Source: Lama glama
Taxonomy: Eukaryota
NCBI GenBank assembly: GCA_028534125.1
Contig: CM052816.1
Location: 24,244,001-24,308,000, forward strand
Reading direction: 5' to 3'
DNA: 64,000 nucleotides
The notes beneath the pieces were generated by a model. The model saw only the letters and a list, made by a program, of their open reading frames with translations, was not told the origin of the DNA and did no database searches. Positions 24,010 through 36,700 of this stretch are shown piece after piece. Within the stretch, counting starts at the first letter, position 1, and the number at the start of each line of letters is the position of its first letter. The position numbers were made by a program, and so were the translations under genes.

Positions 24010-27000
24010 TCTGCTCTGTTCTCTTTGCCATTCTTTCCTTGACCACCCAGAAATTTGTTGAAATCTTTCTTCTTTCCCTGATGTTCCTTTCCTGGTTGTT
24101 TCATGTCATGTCCCTCCTCCTTTTAGTATCATTCTATTAGCATCCAGGAAGACAAATGCTTGTACTCATTCCTCCATCTCCTACCAGTAGAAACTGAAGT
24201 TTCTTGCATGAGACCCTAATTGCTCATCCAAATGCCTTTCGTACACATTGGCATGTCGGCAGAGCAGACCTTTTGAGATTAAAAGATACATATATCACAT
24301 GATTCAGCTCAAATTTATTTGCTTTACACATTACTCTAGACAGATTTACCAACGTTGATTCTTAGGTATCTATTGCACTGTACTTGTTTTGAATTTTTCA
24401 AACATCCATTTAATTTAATCTGACATATCTAACGAAATTATTTTCCTATTCATTGGGTGTAAGTCCATCCAACCTTGACATATTTGAAAAAAATCTTCAT
24501 AATGTGAATTCTCAGCTTTGTAATTGGACCCCTAACTTTCCTATTTTAATTTTCAAATCATAAACAAAGCTCTCTGAAGGACTTATTCACCTCTGTAATT
24601 CACAAAAACCTATCACATAATTTACTAATAGTGTACAAAGATTTTTAAACATGCTTAAGTTTTCTAAAATTTCTTTAGATTTGTATAATAATGTCACAAT
24701 CTCATTTGATACTTTAGATATTTCAAATGCTTCCACTTCTGATATTAATATTCACTGCTCACATCTGATGCTCCTTGTGAGGCAAGGAGGTTGCAGGTAT
24801 TTCTAGTCTTATTGATAGAACACTTGGGCTCTGTCTGAAATGGTACATAATTTGCCAAGGTCATATACCTTATAGTTTAGTTTCTGAGTCTGCTTGATTC
24901 CAGGTCTTCTGACTCTTAATTCTGTGCTCTTTATTTTGTGTATGTTACAGTGTGCTGTACAGATCCTTCGGGAACATTAGACAATGAGCGTATCTCTATA
25001 AATCCTAGTACTGTTAAATATGCTTGCAGTGGACTCAGAAAGGCCATATTCTGCTAATGATCTAAACTATCTCTTTCTTTTGTAAGAAGCTAAGTTTCCC
25101 TGGACAGTCAATCCACTTTACCCTATCATTGTATGTTCTGTACCCATAGACCAAATAGAGTCATGCATGAAAAATACTCCCAAGGCCAGGCTCTCTCCCA
25201 ACAAAAGCATGTTTAAGAATCAAAAGCCACTGTGTATTTTCAGAACCAGAGCCTCTTCACCACGACCAAAAATTCATCCACACAAAAAAGACATGTATTA
25301 ACACAAAAAACACCCAAATAACCTGTCACATGATTTACTAATAGCAAACAGAGCTACAGCCCTTTCCCTCCCAAACCTTCCAAGACACAACCTTTCAAAA
25401 ATAAGGTTGTGGTTTAATTAAATGACTAGATGAAAAGTAACAATACCTTGTTTTAAAAAGGCATCGATATTAGTATCGGCCCACCATAACAAGTAAATAT
25501 TCTTTCCTTTTTTTTTTTTAAAGAAATACCATGTGTTGCAATTTAGTATGAAACAAATGTGACAAAAGCCAAGAGTGGTTCCCAAAAGCCAAGCCATCAT
25601 CCAGGGCCATTCACCATTGTTCTGAATGAACTTTCTCCTACCACCAACCAGGAAGTGAACAGTTTCCTTGCCAACACTTCCTACCTTTGGTTTCCCAGCT
25701 TTCCTTTATTCTGCCTTTTTTCAAGACCTCTCTCCCACCCTCCCAGCCCCAGCCTCTCCACAAGACTCACATACAGTCAGGTGAAGGGCCTAACTAATCT
25801 GCTGTAAACTATGGATTCTTCAGACCAGTTTCAGGCCAGGCCTCATTCCACTCAGTTTTTCAGAGGTTTAAAGGATTAAACAATCTTTCAAGTATTCCCT
25901 GCTACCACTCCTCTTCTTTCAGTGTCTGGGGGCAACCTTTGGGCCTGGGGTTCATAACCTCGGGTCTGTGACTTAGCCTATGCGGATGTATGAATCTCCA
26001 GAAGTGAAGGTAGAATAGCATGAGCGCAAGTGTGTTTTCCTGGGAAGTGGTTCTAGGATTTCCCTCACATCCTGAAAGAGACCCATGACCCAAGAAATGT
26101 TTAAGAAGCACAGCTGGCTCTCCAAGGCCTGTGTGCTCCCTCCAGCTCCTTCTGTTTTCACTAGAGGCCTGGACAAGGCTCTGGCATTCATCCCGAAAGT
26201 CCCGGAGCAGCAAGGTCCTAGGGCAGCAGCCTATTTTCCATCTGGTTCCCCGATCTGCTGGGCTTTGCCTCCTCCACTTTCTCTCCCATGTGCTGCCCCT
26301 GGGCTAGACCTAACCTCTGCCTGGCTTTTCTCACTCCTTTGTATATCCCCTCGTCCTGGCGTAGAAGGGGGTCCTGTCCTATTTATTTCCAAGCACCTTT
26401 ACACCAGGTTGGTTTGTCCTGGAGTTTCCATTCTGAATACAGAGAATCACCAGGAGTTTTCCTCATCCCTCTGCCCCCTCATCAGTCCACCCAGCCCATC
26501 CCAGACCCACTGCCCTCCTTAAGGGGTAACATATTCCCTTCTGAGGGAATGACATCACTCAAAGACCAGTAGCATGCTGGTGCCCTGAGAAATCTTGGCA
26601 TTGCCTTCCCTCTCATCCCCTAAAATTGCAAGATCCCACACTGACAGTATATACTCTCCCCCCTGCACCAGTGCCACCTGGAGTCAGGTGAAGTTCACAA
26701 GCAGGTTTTACCTTGCTTCAGCCTCACGTTAATAACTTCTCTCTTAGTCTTATGGTAGCAGTTTCTACATTTTCTGGTTAATTCTTCAATGTTCAGAATT
26801 GGAAAAAAAATAGCCAACACTGATTAAATATGAAAAACATAAAGAAAGCTGGACACAGATAAAAGTTAAGAAAAAGATAAAGGAATGTAGACTTCCAATG
26901 CTTTCTTTTGATTGAGGTCTCTGCTTTGGTTTGGGCTTTCTGTAAGAGAACCCCTTGCATCCTGTGCTCCTTATCAGCCCTCGTGGAGGGTTTGAGATGT

Positions 27001-27039
27001 GGATGGGGGCTCAGTTGGAAAGGAAGCTAAGGGATCTGG

Positions 27040-27640
27040 CTCCTCCACCGCAAGAGCCTCAGTGGACTAACCCCAGCATGAAAAGTCACTTCGGGGGCGA
27101 GGAAGGATCTGGGGCCCCAAGTAAAATGCCGTTCCAGTCCAAAGTTAGCTCCCCGCGAGGTCTGCATCCTGAGCCTGCTGACACTTCCGGTCGCCTTCGC
27201 TAATATCCGAGCGAGAGAGTTCAAGCCCTGCCATATTTAGATCCCTGCCCTCAGCCAGAGTTCTGAGCTGCCCCAGAGCTGTTTGTGATATTCAATCCTG
27301 AGCTGGGGAAGTGACCAGCCGGCGGCCTCACAGACTCACAGGAAAGCCTGGTCATGGGCAGAGTAGTTCCTATCCTTAGTCAGGGACGGGAGCGCCACAG
27401 CCCCACCGGATCGCTTGCCCACCTCTTCCCTCCCATCCCAAAGCCAACTTTTCAGAAAGGATCATCTGTTCCTTCACTGTTAAAAAATAAGCGGCTCTTT
27501 TGGAAGCCAAAACCACCTCCCCTTTGGGGCACGTGGGAGCTGCTGGGCAACGTGTGCACCATCTGGCTACACGATTCCTCCACTTGTTTCTTAACCCAGT
27601 GCTCCTCCTGCAGAGGGGAGATAATGAAGGCGTGCACGGC
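27040..27640. promoter_or_regulatory. CpG-retaining GC-rich block with ETS (CACTTCCGG) and E-box (CACGTG) motifs; candidate enhancer or weak promoter
   Basis: CpGs locally dense against a depleted background; 'acacttccggtcgcc' at 27181-27195 and 'ggcacgtggg' at about 27527-27536. Confidence 0.35.
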
Positions 27641-28124
27641 TGACTCTACAGTTGACAGTTGCAAAGTATTTTAGAGCCCATCGCTACCAGGTATCTCAGT
27701 TTAATCTATACAAAGAGCCAGTGGGAAGAGAAAAAATGATTAGTGTTCAGTTGGCTGTGTGAATAGGGTGTCAAGAACAACCTGAACCCATGTGTATAGC
27801 ACAATGTAAGTTTCCTCCCATCACACAGCACACTGAGCTCTTCCGACTTCTAACCCATCGTCCTTCCACATACCACACTGCCTTCAGGCACCACTCCTTT
27901 CAGCATTTTAAGAAATGAAAATAGCACAAAATGTTGGGACTTAGCTGTGTACCCGTGTCAGAATTAGTTTAAGGGCCACTGTACCCTCAGCCAGCTGAGT
28001 CATTTTGCCTTTCATCAAAGGAGTCCCCCTGATATGGGACCTTGGAGGTTCTTGGTTGTCACTCAGCTGTATTAGCAGTGTGACAAGGACAATTCAGAAC
28101 CAAGGCATATATACCCGACTCTAC

Positions 28125-28370
28125 AGCCCACTTTCTGAGCACCTTCCATGTGCCAGGCACTCCACTCTGCACTTCACAGCAGATCTCATTCAACTCAGAG
28201 CAGCTCCACAAACAGGGTGTATTTGGCCCATGCTACAAGTGACAAAATCAAGAGTCGAGAGTTAACATGGCCCAGGCATCACAGCTAACCATTGCCAGAC
28301 CAAAGTAGGAACCCAGGTTTTCTGACGCCAGAGCCCTTCCTTGCTTGTCCTACTTACACCATGCCATCGT
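28125..28370 (-). mobile_element. MIR SINE
   Basis: 'ctgagcaccttccatgtgccaggcact...gagagttaacatggcccaggcatcacagcta...gaacccaggttttctgacgccagagccc'. Confidence 0.75.
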
Positions 28371-29174
28371 GGCAGGCTGTGAGATCCCAGAGCTTCACGT
28401 GACAGTCATCTGGGGACTTTGACAATAAGCCAGAACCTCTTTAGGTGGGGCCCAGGCAGCTCAGGGAAGAGCTGCAAGCACTCAGCTTCCTCTTGAGCCC
28501 TGAGAGGACAGCCTGTCTCACCGTCACCGCAGGCCCAGCGTCGGTCCGAGCAAAACCACAGGCTCCCCTGCTCCTCCTTCCCTAATGATGCCCCTAAGAC
28601 GAAACCGTTCCCTGCACTTCATTCAGCCTAGGGCTCAGCCATGATGCAGGAAAGAGTGGAGCAGGTGACTGCAGGCAGAGAGCCAAGCAGGGGAGCTGTG
28701 ACACAGGGCTGGGTCAGGGAGAGTCACTGAGGGCACAGAGGCAGGCAGGCAGGCATGCAGGCGAACCTGAGGAGGCAGAGTGGGGAGAGGCAGCACCAAG
28801 CACAGTGATGGATGCATGAGACTTGAATGAGGGCAAAATGACTAGGGTTATAGTTACTGTGGGCAGGAGGTTTTATCATTAACCAAGATGAGTAAATGCA
28901 AAGGAATACTGTGTTTGGAAAGGGAAAATGCTGCGGTCACGTGGTACGTGCCGAGTGTGAGGTGTTAGAAGGACTTGACTACTGTCAAGTGAACATTGTG
29001 ACGGGAGACCACAGGACCTGCTTGACTTCCTGAACGCACTGAGATGTGATGTATACTCAGAAGAAAGTGAGAAAGTTCATAGCAAAACTGCGGAGTTCAT
29101 AGCAGAACTGCAGCCTGGTGCTTTTGGAGCACTCAGACAATACTCATGTGTATGTGTATGACGTATGTATAGAT

Positions 29175-29482
29175 CTCTTAAAAACATTATGCCAAGTGGA
29201 AAAAAAACAGACACAAAGTGCCACATACTGTAGGATACTATTTATATAAAATGTTCACAACTGGCAAGTCCATGGAGACAAAAAGTAGGTTCATGGTTTC
29301 CAGGGGCTCGGGAAGAGAGGCATGAAGAGTGACTGCTGATGGGTATGAAACTTCTTTTGCGGGAAATGAAAATATTCTAAAATTGATTATGGTGATGGTT
29401 GCATTACTCTGTGAATATACTAAAACCCACTGTAATTGGGTGAATTGTATGGCATGTGAATTATGTATCAATCTTTTAAAAA
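29175..29482 (+). mobile_element. L1ME/MB-like 3' end
   Basis: 'aaaacattatgccaagtgga...ggcaagtccatggagacaaaaagtagg...aatattctaaaattgattatggtgatggttgc...tggcatgtgaattatgtatcaat'. Confidence 0.85.
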
Positions 29483-31285
29483 GGGTATATACATATATCC
29501 TGCCCAAACTGTCATTGCTTACTTGACTGAAAATAAAATCCAAACAAAAAACAAATTCCAAATTGTATCCAACCTCCAACTCAAGTATGTGGCCACCCTG
29601 ACTCCTTAGGCAGAGAAAATACACCTCTTTATTCATCTGCCCTTCATAGGTTACCTTAACTGTCAATGCAAGAAACAATTCCTGTGAATTAGGAGACAGG
29701 GGAGCCCTTTAAGAAATAATTAGATTGTTTATTTAAAGAACCTCAGTTGTTTGCAGGAGACAAAAGCCCATGATCCTTTGCTGCCTTGTTTATTCCCTGG
29801 GAGAACCATCCTTACTTGGTCTCTAGTTAACATACAGGTTCGGTAATATTTAGGATTTGAAAAAATGGGATAGAAAAGGAGAGATTGAACACAGATTCCT
29901 TCTTTGGAATTTGCACTAAAATACAAATTTGATCTTGGTTCACAATTTTTAAACCTGAAAAGTAAAAATGTTTGGACAGTGGTACCAGGTTCCATGACCA
30001 CTGGTTTATCCTTATAACACATTGGGACTGGGTATGGGAAAATCTGAGTTAACCTGAAACTTAGGCACAACTTATCAAGTTGACTTAAAAGAAAAGGAAA
30101 GTGTTAACAAAAGTGGAAAGTACTGTTTGGAAACAGCCTTAGATATTTCACAATAAACCTTGGGAATACTTCAGTATAGGGATTCTAAATACTGTAGTAG
30201 AGTCATGTGTTCTTGTAAAATTAAAACGAGCATGCCTGGCAGCCTATGAAGAACGAAGCTTCACTCCAAACATAATATTTGATACTGTCCACACTTTAGT
30301 TCTCTGTTACTGTTGGCTCAGGTATCTGAGGCGATATTTTCTTTATTTTCTTTTGTTGTTGTTCAAAGAAAAAAGGTTGGAAAATTCCCAATTTACTGAT
30401 GTGATGGCAAGGAAGTTCTATGCATGCACAAACATAGATTTGTTTCCAAACTAAACACATATACAACACCTTCAGTATGAAGAGAATACTGTGTCTAGTT
30501 ATTTCCCAAACGCTTGCAAAATACATTAATATTCTGCTCACTAATGTGTTTAAAGAAAAAAAGGCTTCAGGAAGTTTTGTCCACACACAGTTCTTAGATC
30601 TGGAGTAGGAACTAATGCTTAAAGTTCTCCAGAATCTCATCTTCCAAATTATGCTTTTGCATGGCTTCCTCCATCAAACCCTCAGAGCCTGCGCTGTCCA
30701 GGAAGCAGGCTGAGGGCCCAGGTGCTCGAGTGCCAGAGTAGTTGATCCCCAAATGGATCCAGATTTATTTGGCATTTTGCACAGCCTTGCTTGACACATG
30801 AAAAGGCAAAGTAGGAGAAGGTCCATTCTTCTGAGAAGCAGGCCTTCCTCACTGGACAGCAGCTAGTCAGAGACGCCCTGGAAACAGTCATTTGCTCAGG
30901 CTGATTTACTGCCCCTCAGAGGCACACACAATGCAAGAAGGCATGCGGCGGGTGTGAATTTTTCTATAGGTTCAGCACAGCAGTGCACAATAACAACCAG
31001 CTTGTCAGTGCACACCCAGACAAGGCTTTGAGCAGCAGAGAGCCTAACTGGTAACTTAAGGGAGGAAGTCCCACACAACTGGTACTCCCTGCTCTGGATT
31101 TTCCATTTGGGGTCATGGATGGCTTACTTCAAATCCACAGACAGTCTAAAATTTCAGTGTCACAAACCTTCCAGTAAAGAATCTGACAAGCAGCAAAACT
31201 TGAAATATTCCTTTCACCTCCCCTCCGTACCCTCAACCTGCCTGACTGGACCAGAACATGATTCCGGATATTCCCCAAATGAAAA

Positions 31286-31625
31286 CCGAGTTTGCATCCT
31301 CGTGGCTCACAGGCCCACCCAGCCACAGATGATGTGTTTTACTTGGCCTGTACGCTGTTTTTAAAAAATATTTGAATGAGTTGTCTACATCGAAAACTCA
31401 GGAAATTCCACATAAAATCTGCGTTTCTGGTTTCTCTTAAAATTCTGCAGATCTGACCATTCTGGGCCCACATTCGCAAGTGATAATGACGTGGTGAGTC
31501 CCAGGGGCAGCTGTGCCTTCACACTAATGTGGCTCCCTTCCTGGCTGCCCTATTTCTCACCCAGCCCACTTAAATCACTTTCATAACCTACTAGTCCCTG
31601 TAGGCATTTGGGTGTGGGATCCCCA
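31286..31625. mobile_element. hAT-Charlie MITE (MER102-like)
   Basis: 'tgtgttttacttggcctgtacgctgttttaaaaaatatttgaatgagttg...ttccacataaaatctgcgtttctggtttctctt...ccctgtaggcatttgggtgtgggatcccc' follows the MER102 consensus as I recall it. Confidence 0.75.
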
Positions 31626-33399
31626 GCAAGAGACGGAGCTCAGAGAGGAACGATTTTGCTTTCCTTGCAGGTGTCCATGGTAACAAAGTCCCCACCAATA
31701 TGAAATCTGATCTACTGATGAACAGGATTATCATACACATGCCGGAGTCCTGAATTCAGAGACGGGTGAAAAGAGTTCAATTTAGCATACAAAATTCCAC
31801 AATCATGGCTAATAAGGAACAAATACTATTTCAAACAAAGTTAGAGACGCAAAAGGTAAAGCACACTAAATGGAAGACAAGTAACCCGAGTTTTTGACTC
31901 GACCCCCCTCACCCCATGCTGATAGAGGTCAGTTTCCTTACCTTCCTGATGGAACGGTTAGTAACCACTTGTCATCTCATTCAGCCTTCATTCAACATTT
32001 ATAGACAGCACAGGACATTGAGGGTGTAGAGTCTTGCAAACATGGATCTGCACTTAGGACTTCATTTTCTGCATCTATAAAAATAAGGATCATAATAATA
32101 AACACTCCAGTGTCTGGCTTGCTCTGTATACAGAATCATTGTGAGCTTTTATTTTATTTTTTAAGTACTAACTGTATGCCAAGCTTTGTGCTAGGCTCTG
32201 GAATTAGGAGATTTTTTTTTTGGCGAAGTTCCATACCAGGGTCTAAATCCAAGGTTCTTCACATTAAGGGATCAGCCCATTGAGATTTGAATTAGACATG
32301 ACCTCCTCCCAGAAAATTGTCCACACACAATAGTTTGTTTAACATTCCAGGGATCTGGGAGCCCCAGAAGCCCATCCATGGGGTCAGTTCCATCCCCAGG
32401 ACTTTCTCACTGGGTTGGCCACATAGAATGTGGAGACGGTGGTTCTGAGAGGTGATTCCAGAAGAGACAGAGCCGCACAAAAGGGACAGTCAGAGGGGCA
32501 GTTTTGTGTGAGGGCAAGGGACCGAAGTGCACAGAGGTGAAGTGGGCAGTGAGGGGAGGTTTTAACAAAGACATTTCCCTTTTTTATATTCAGATGACGC
32601 TAACGTAGTCAGAACTAGCGTTCTGTCTGTCTGTCATGTAAACAATTGTGGCCACTGTGACCCAAGTTCTGAGATTAAATTCTCACCTGTTATAATTCCA
32701 CTGTTTTTTCCTAAATTGCTATCTGCCATCCTGGATCTGAAAACTCATGTCAATATTTATTAAGTCAGACCACTGTTTTGCAGAGGATTCAGCTTATTTC
32801 ATTTCCCCTCTTTTCAGTCTTTACCTACTCATCAACCTGCAGTTCCCAGTGTGCACAGAACTGATTGCACATGAGGCCTGGTTATCTGCTGATGACCCCA
32901 GTGGGGCTGGCCACACTGGCCCACCTCTGCACTTGACCTCTCTGACCTTTAGGTTGGATGTAACACTTTATCACACCCATTCCAAAACAAATCCAATTGC
33001 AAAAGTACTGGGAAACAGGTAGGTTTTACTGAGGGTTTGCCAGGCAGAATGAAAAGAAAATTCACCGCATTTCACACCAAAATTCTCAACAGACTGCTCT
33101 CAACTGCCAAAGCTTGTCTCTTTCAAAGGCCAGGCCCTCATCTTTCCTTTGTACCCTCCCCCTCCTCACTCTGTAGTGTGTGCTAATTCAGAGAATATAG
33201 CTCCCTGAGCTCCTGCAGTGTTGCCGCCTCATTCCTGTTATTTAATAGGCCTTGAATATGAGAAAGCCTCTGTGCTGAGGATGATGATTTCGTTTATACC
33301 AGGCAGCCAGCAGCAAGCCCTCCTTAGTGTCTATGCTATTTGTGGTGGGGCTGGGAGAAAGTTTAAATAACAAATACAGCCTCCTCTTCTCCCCCACCA

Positions 33400-33735
33400 C
33401 AAATGTTTCTCTTTTTCACTTAATACACTGAAGGCATCCTTACATGTAAACTCATCTCTCATTTTTGAACAGCTGCACAGTGTGCCATTGTGTACACACA
33501 CCATGATGTATTTAGCCATATCTGGACATTTACTTTATTTGCTTTTCTTTTTTTTTTCTATTACAAACAATGCTACAGTCAAACAAATATTGCACACTTG
33601 TGGGAGTATGTAAGATAAATTTCTGATTGTTATTTCTGTTTCATGAATATGTGCATTATAACATTTAGTAGTTACCACTGTCCAGAAATTTATCTTCCAA
33701 CCAACTGTGTAAAAGAGACTCTTCCAGTTTACCAT
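33400..33735 (-). mobile_element. Old L1M fragment
   Basis: 'gtgccattgtgtacacacaccatgatgtatttagcc...tggacattt...tattacaaacaatgctaca'. Confidence 0.6.
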
Positions 33736-36700
33736 AAAATTACCCCATTCCATATGTTTGTTTATGCACATCCCACTACAAATGAGCAAGGGTTTAAGGT
33801 GGCTGGCAGAGGAAGATAAATGAGAGGTAGATGGGAGGGAAAGTGAAAAACAAAGATAATGACATAAAAGGGATTGGTGAGTAAGGTTATTATAAAAATT
33901 CACGCAAATTCATTTTATGCCCTAGGCAACCCTCAGATTTGGTACTAAGCTTTCCAGGAGCCAATGCAAAGAGGGAACACTGATCAATAATAGAATCCAC
34001 AAATGAAAACAAAGCCATGACTTGGTAGCCTCACATAAAGGGCATCATACACTGAGACGGTGTCCTTAGCAGTGTGACCTCATGTGATCCCTACAGCACC
34101 CCGTATCTGCCCATTTTTCTCAGACCCAAAACATGTAGCCCAAGAGTAGAGCCCTGTCTTGAGGTGCACATGCGCTGATTAGGTTGGGTGGGGAGCAGCT
34201 TGGCCGAGACTGATAGACCAACCTGCTGCCTCTGAATGTGGCCAGATAGCAAGGAATTCAGAGCAAGCATCATCACTCAAACACACAGGCCTTCCTTTCT
34301 CCTAAAAGCTTCTGGGAGCTGCCCTGGAGGATGAGGCCAGAAGCAAATCTGGACTAGTATGTGTTGGGCAGGTCAGGGAAACACTCCTAAAGGGACATCC
34401 CCACATGAGCCGCGTGCTGGTGAGCAAGCAGAATGCCGGATGGATGTGCTCTTCATGCTGCCCAAGGCCAGGGCGGGGTTTCCAGAGGGGGCAAGGAGCC
34501 AGGGGCCACCTGTGCAAACTGAACATGTCAAAGAGTGGGCTTCTGAAGGGGCTTGTCACATTTCAGCTCTGAACCTTGGACCTTGGACCTCAGAGAGAGG
34601 CAAGAGGAAAGAGCTGAGTGAGCTCAGCTGGGTGGGGAGACTGTGCTAACCAGCCCTCCAGATGTGGAGCTGGCAGAGAGCAGGTGGAAGATGTGAGGAG
34701 GCCTGGACAGAGAGATAAAGGAGATCAGCTTCACAGAAGTCACCAAGGGCCTGAGTCTCCCTGCAAAGAGTCAGATGGCTCTTCAAGGAAGCTCTGACCC
34801 AAAGCAGATGAACTGAAACTAGATACCAAGCAGCAGAGTTGCTAAAAGAGAGCTGAACTTGAACCAGATTTGAAAGCAGGGCAAACTAGCAAGAAAGGAG
34901 AAGAAGGGTCAGGACTGGCAAAATAGAAAACAAAATTGACTGAGTCACGTAAGACTTTGTCCCCAGGCCCCAGTGAGCTGTGGGTAATTTTACCCTCAAG
35001 ATACCCTGCACTTTAGTATGGACACCAGACATGTCCTATAGAGGATGTATCAGGAATGTATCATGAGCAGGAAAAAAAGGATAAAAAACATGTGGCTCAG
35101 CCCCATGAATACAGACAGGGAAGTATCTTCCAATGTCATTCCCTGGGTGACAACGTAGAAGAATGGAGGAGAAGGTTATCCAAGGGGAAGAAAAAGACAG
35201 ACAGCAAAAACTTGACTGAAGGTGCCTTTTTGGAGCATTACCCTGGGGAGTCACAAAAGAGACAGGGACATAAGAACAGCAGGCGCCTCCAAACGGAGTA
35301 AAAGAAACCAAAAGAGACACTGGGACAGGCCTAGTGGGGATATAATATGGCACGGGGAGAAAAGGAGATGTGTTTTCCTATTAGAAAAGATTAATCTCCT
35401 CAAGGGGCTTTCAATTCCCTTGATTCCTTTTCAGTGCATCCACGTAAGGGTTTGCATTTTGAATCATCCTGAGTTTCAGCCAGAACAGTTGTTTTGGGTT
35501 TTAGCTTCACCCACAAAGACCCAGATCCACTATTTAAAAACCTGCTCCCCTTCACATCAGTTTGCTAACTAACTACTTTTGCTCCACCTGGGAGAAAGGC
35601 TTCCAGGCTTCCTCATTCCCATGTTCTGCAGCCCTCCAGACTGGCGACAAAGAGCTCCCCAGCATGTCTGGCCTCTGTATTGGCAGAAGGTGGCTAATGA
35701 GCAAATATGACCCCAGCTGAGGTTCTAGTATGTTTCTGGGTAAGTTTACCAAAATATTATACAAGTGAATATATAATTCAAACTTATAAATGGGAAAACA
35801 TGACAATGTAATAGTAAAGTTCCAGTGTTAGAATGCCATATTCCACTTTAAAATAGATTTAAAGGTGAATGTTAGCCAGATGACTTCAGCTGTCACATGT
35901 AACTTAAATAGGTTTTCTTTAAGACTTCTAAGTCATAGATAAAAATTAATTTATTGAAATAAAGTAATGCTCAGAACATGATTGAATATGTAAAAACTTA
36001 ATAAATAGAGTGCACCTTGCAAAATAAGACCCATTTTCCTATCACTTATATAGTCTGTTTCCATAAATTTAGTGTGGTGATCTGAAATCTTGGTCAGGAC
36101 TCCCTGAAATCTAGTTTTAAATGAGTTCATCATATGAAAACTTCTAGAAAGGTGCTACCTCTGATCAATGTAATGCTTTTTATTTGAAAACCCCTAATTA
36201 AGGATCTTAATCATTTCCTTGGTAACAGAGAGTTCTGAAGACAAAACAAGAGTAAGAGCATTATTTTAAAAAAATAGTTATTTTCCCTCCACCTCTGATG
36301 ATCCAGAAAGCAACAAAGCCACAGTATGGAGGAAAGCAGAGGCTCTACTGACCAAAAGAACAGAATTCAGAAGTAGAACATATTGGCAAAGCTTCCCTCT
36401 TCCAGGGAGGTGGTCTCCAGGGTTTTTTTCCTGGGTGTAGCTTTGACAGAGTAAGGTAGAAGACGGAGTAAGGGGTCCAGGGGCCGGGACCATCATCCCC
36501 AGTGATCAGACCTTCTCAGTAGAAGGATGGTTCCTTATGCATCGTTTCCTCATTCTGAGCCCTTGCCTTGAAAAATAGGTTTTGCTTAGTACTATGGATA
36601 TGAAGTACATATTCCTCTAAGACCTCCTTCAGCCCCTAATTATAATATTTTTAAATATGTTCTTTTCTGCCATCACCTTCAGCAGTTTTTGTATAGTGAT

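Noticed and set aside
29238..29678. 146-aa minus-strand ORF
   Set aside because: Largely overlaps an L1 3' UTR in antisense.
34092..34112. Possible REST/NRSE site (tacagcaccccgtatctgccc)
   Set aside because: Only the left half (CAGCACC) matches; the right half GGACAG is absent.
35056..35301. Charged 81-aa ORF (MYHEQEKKDKK...)
   Set aside because: Purine-rich composition explains the K/E/R bias; no splice context or recognisable domain.
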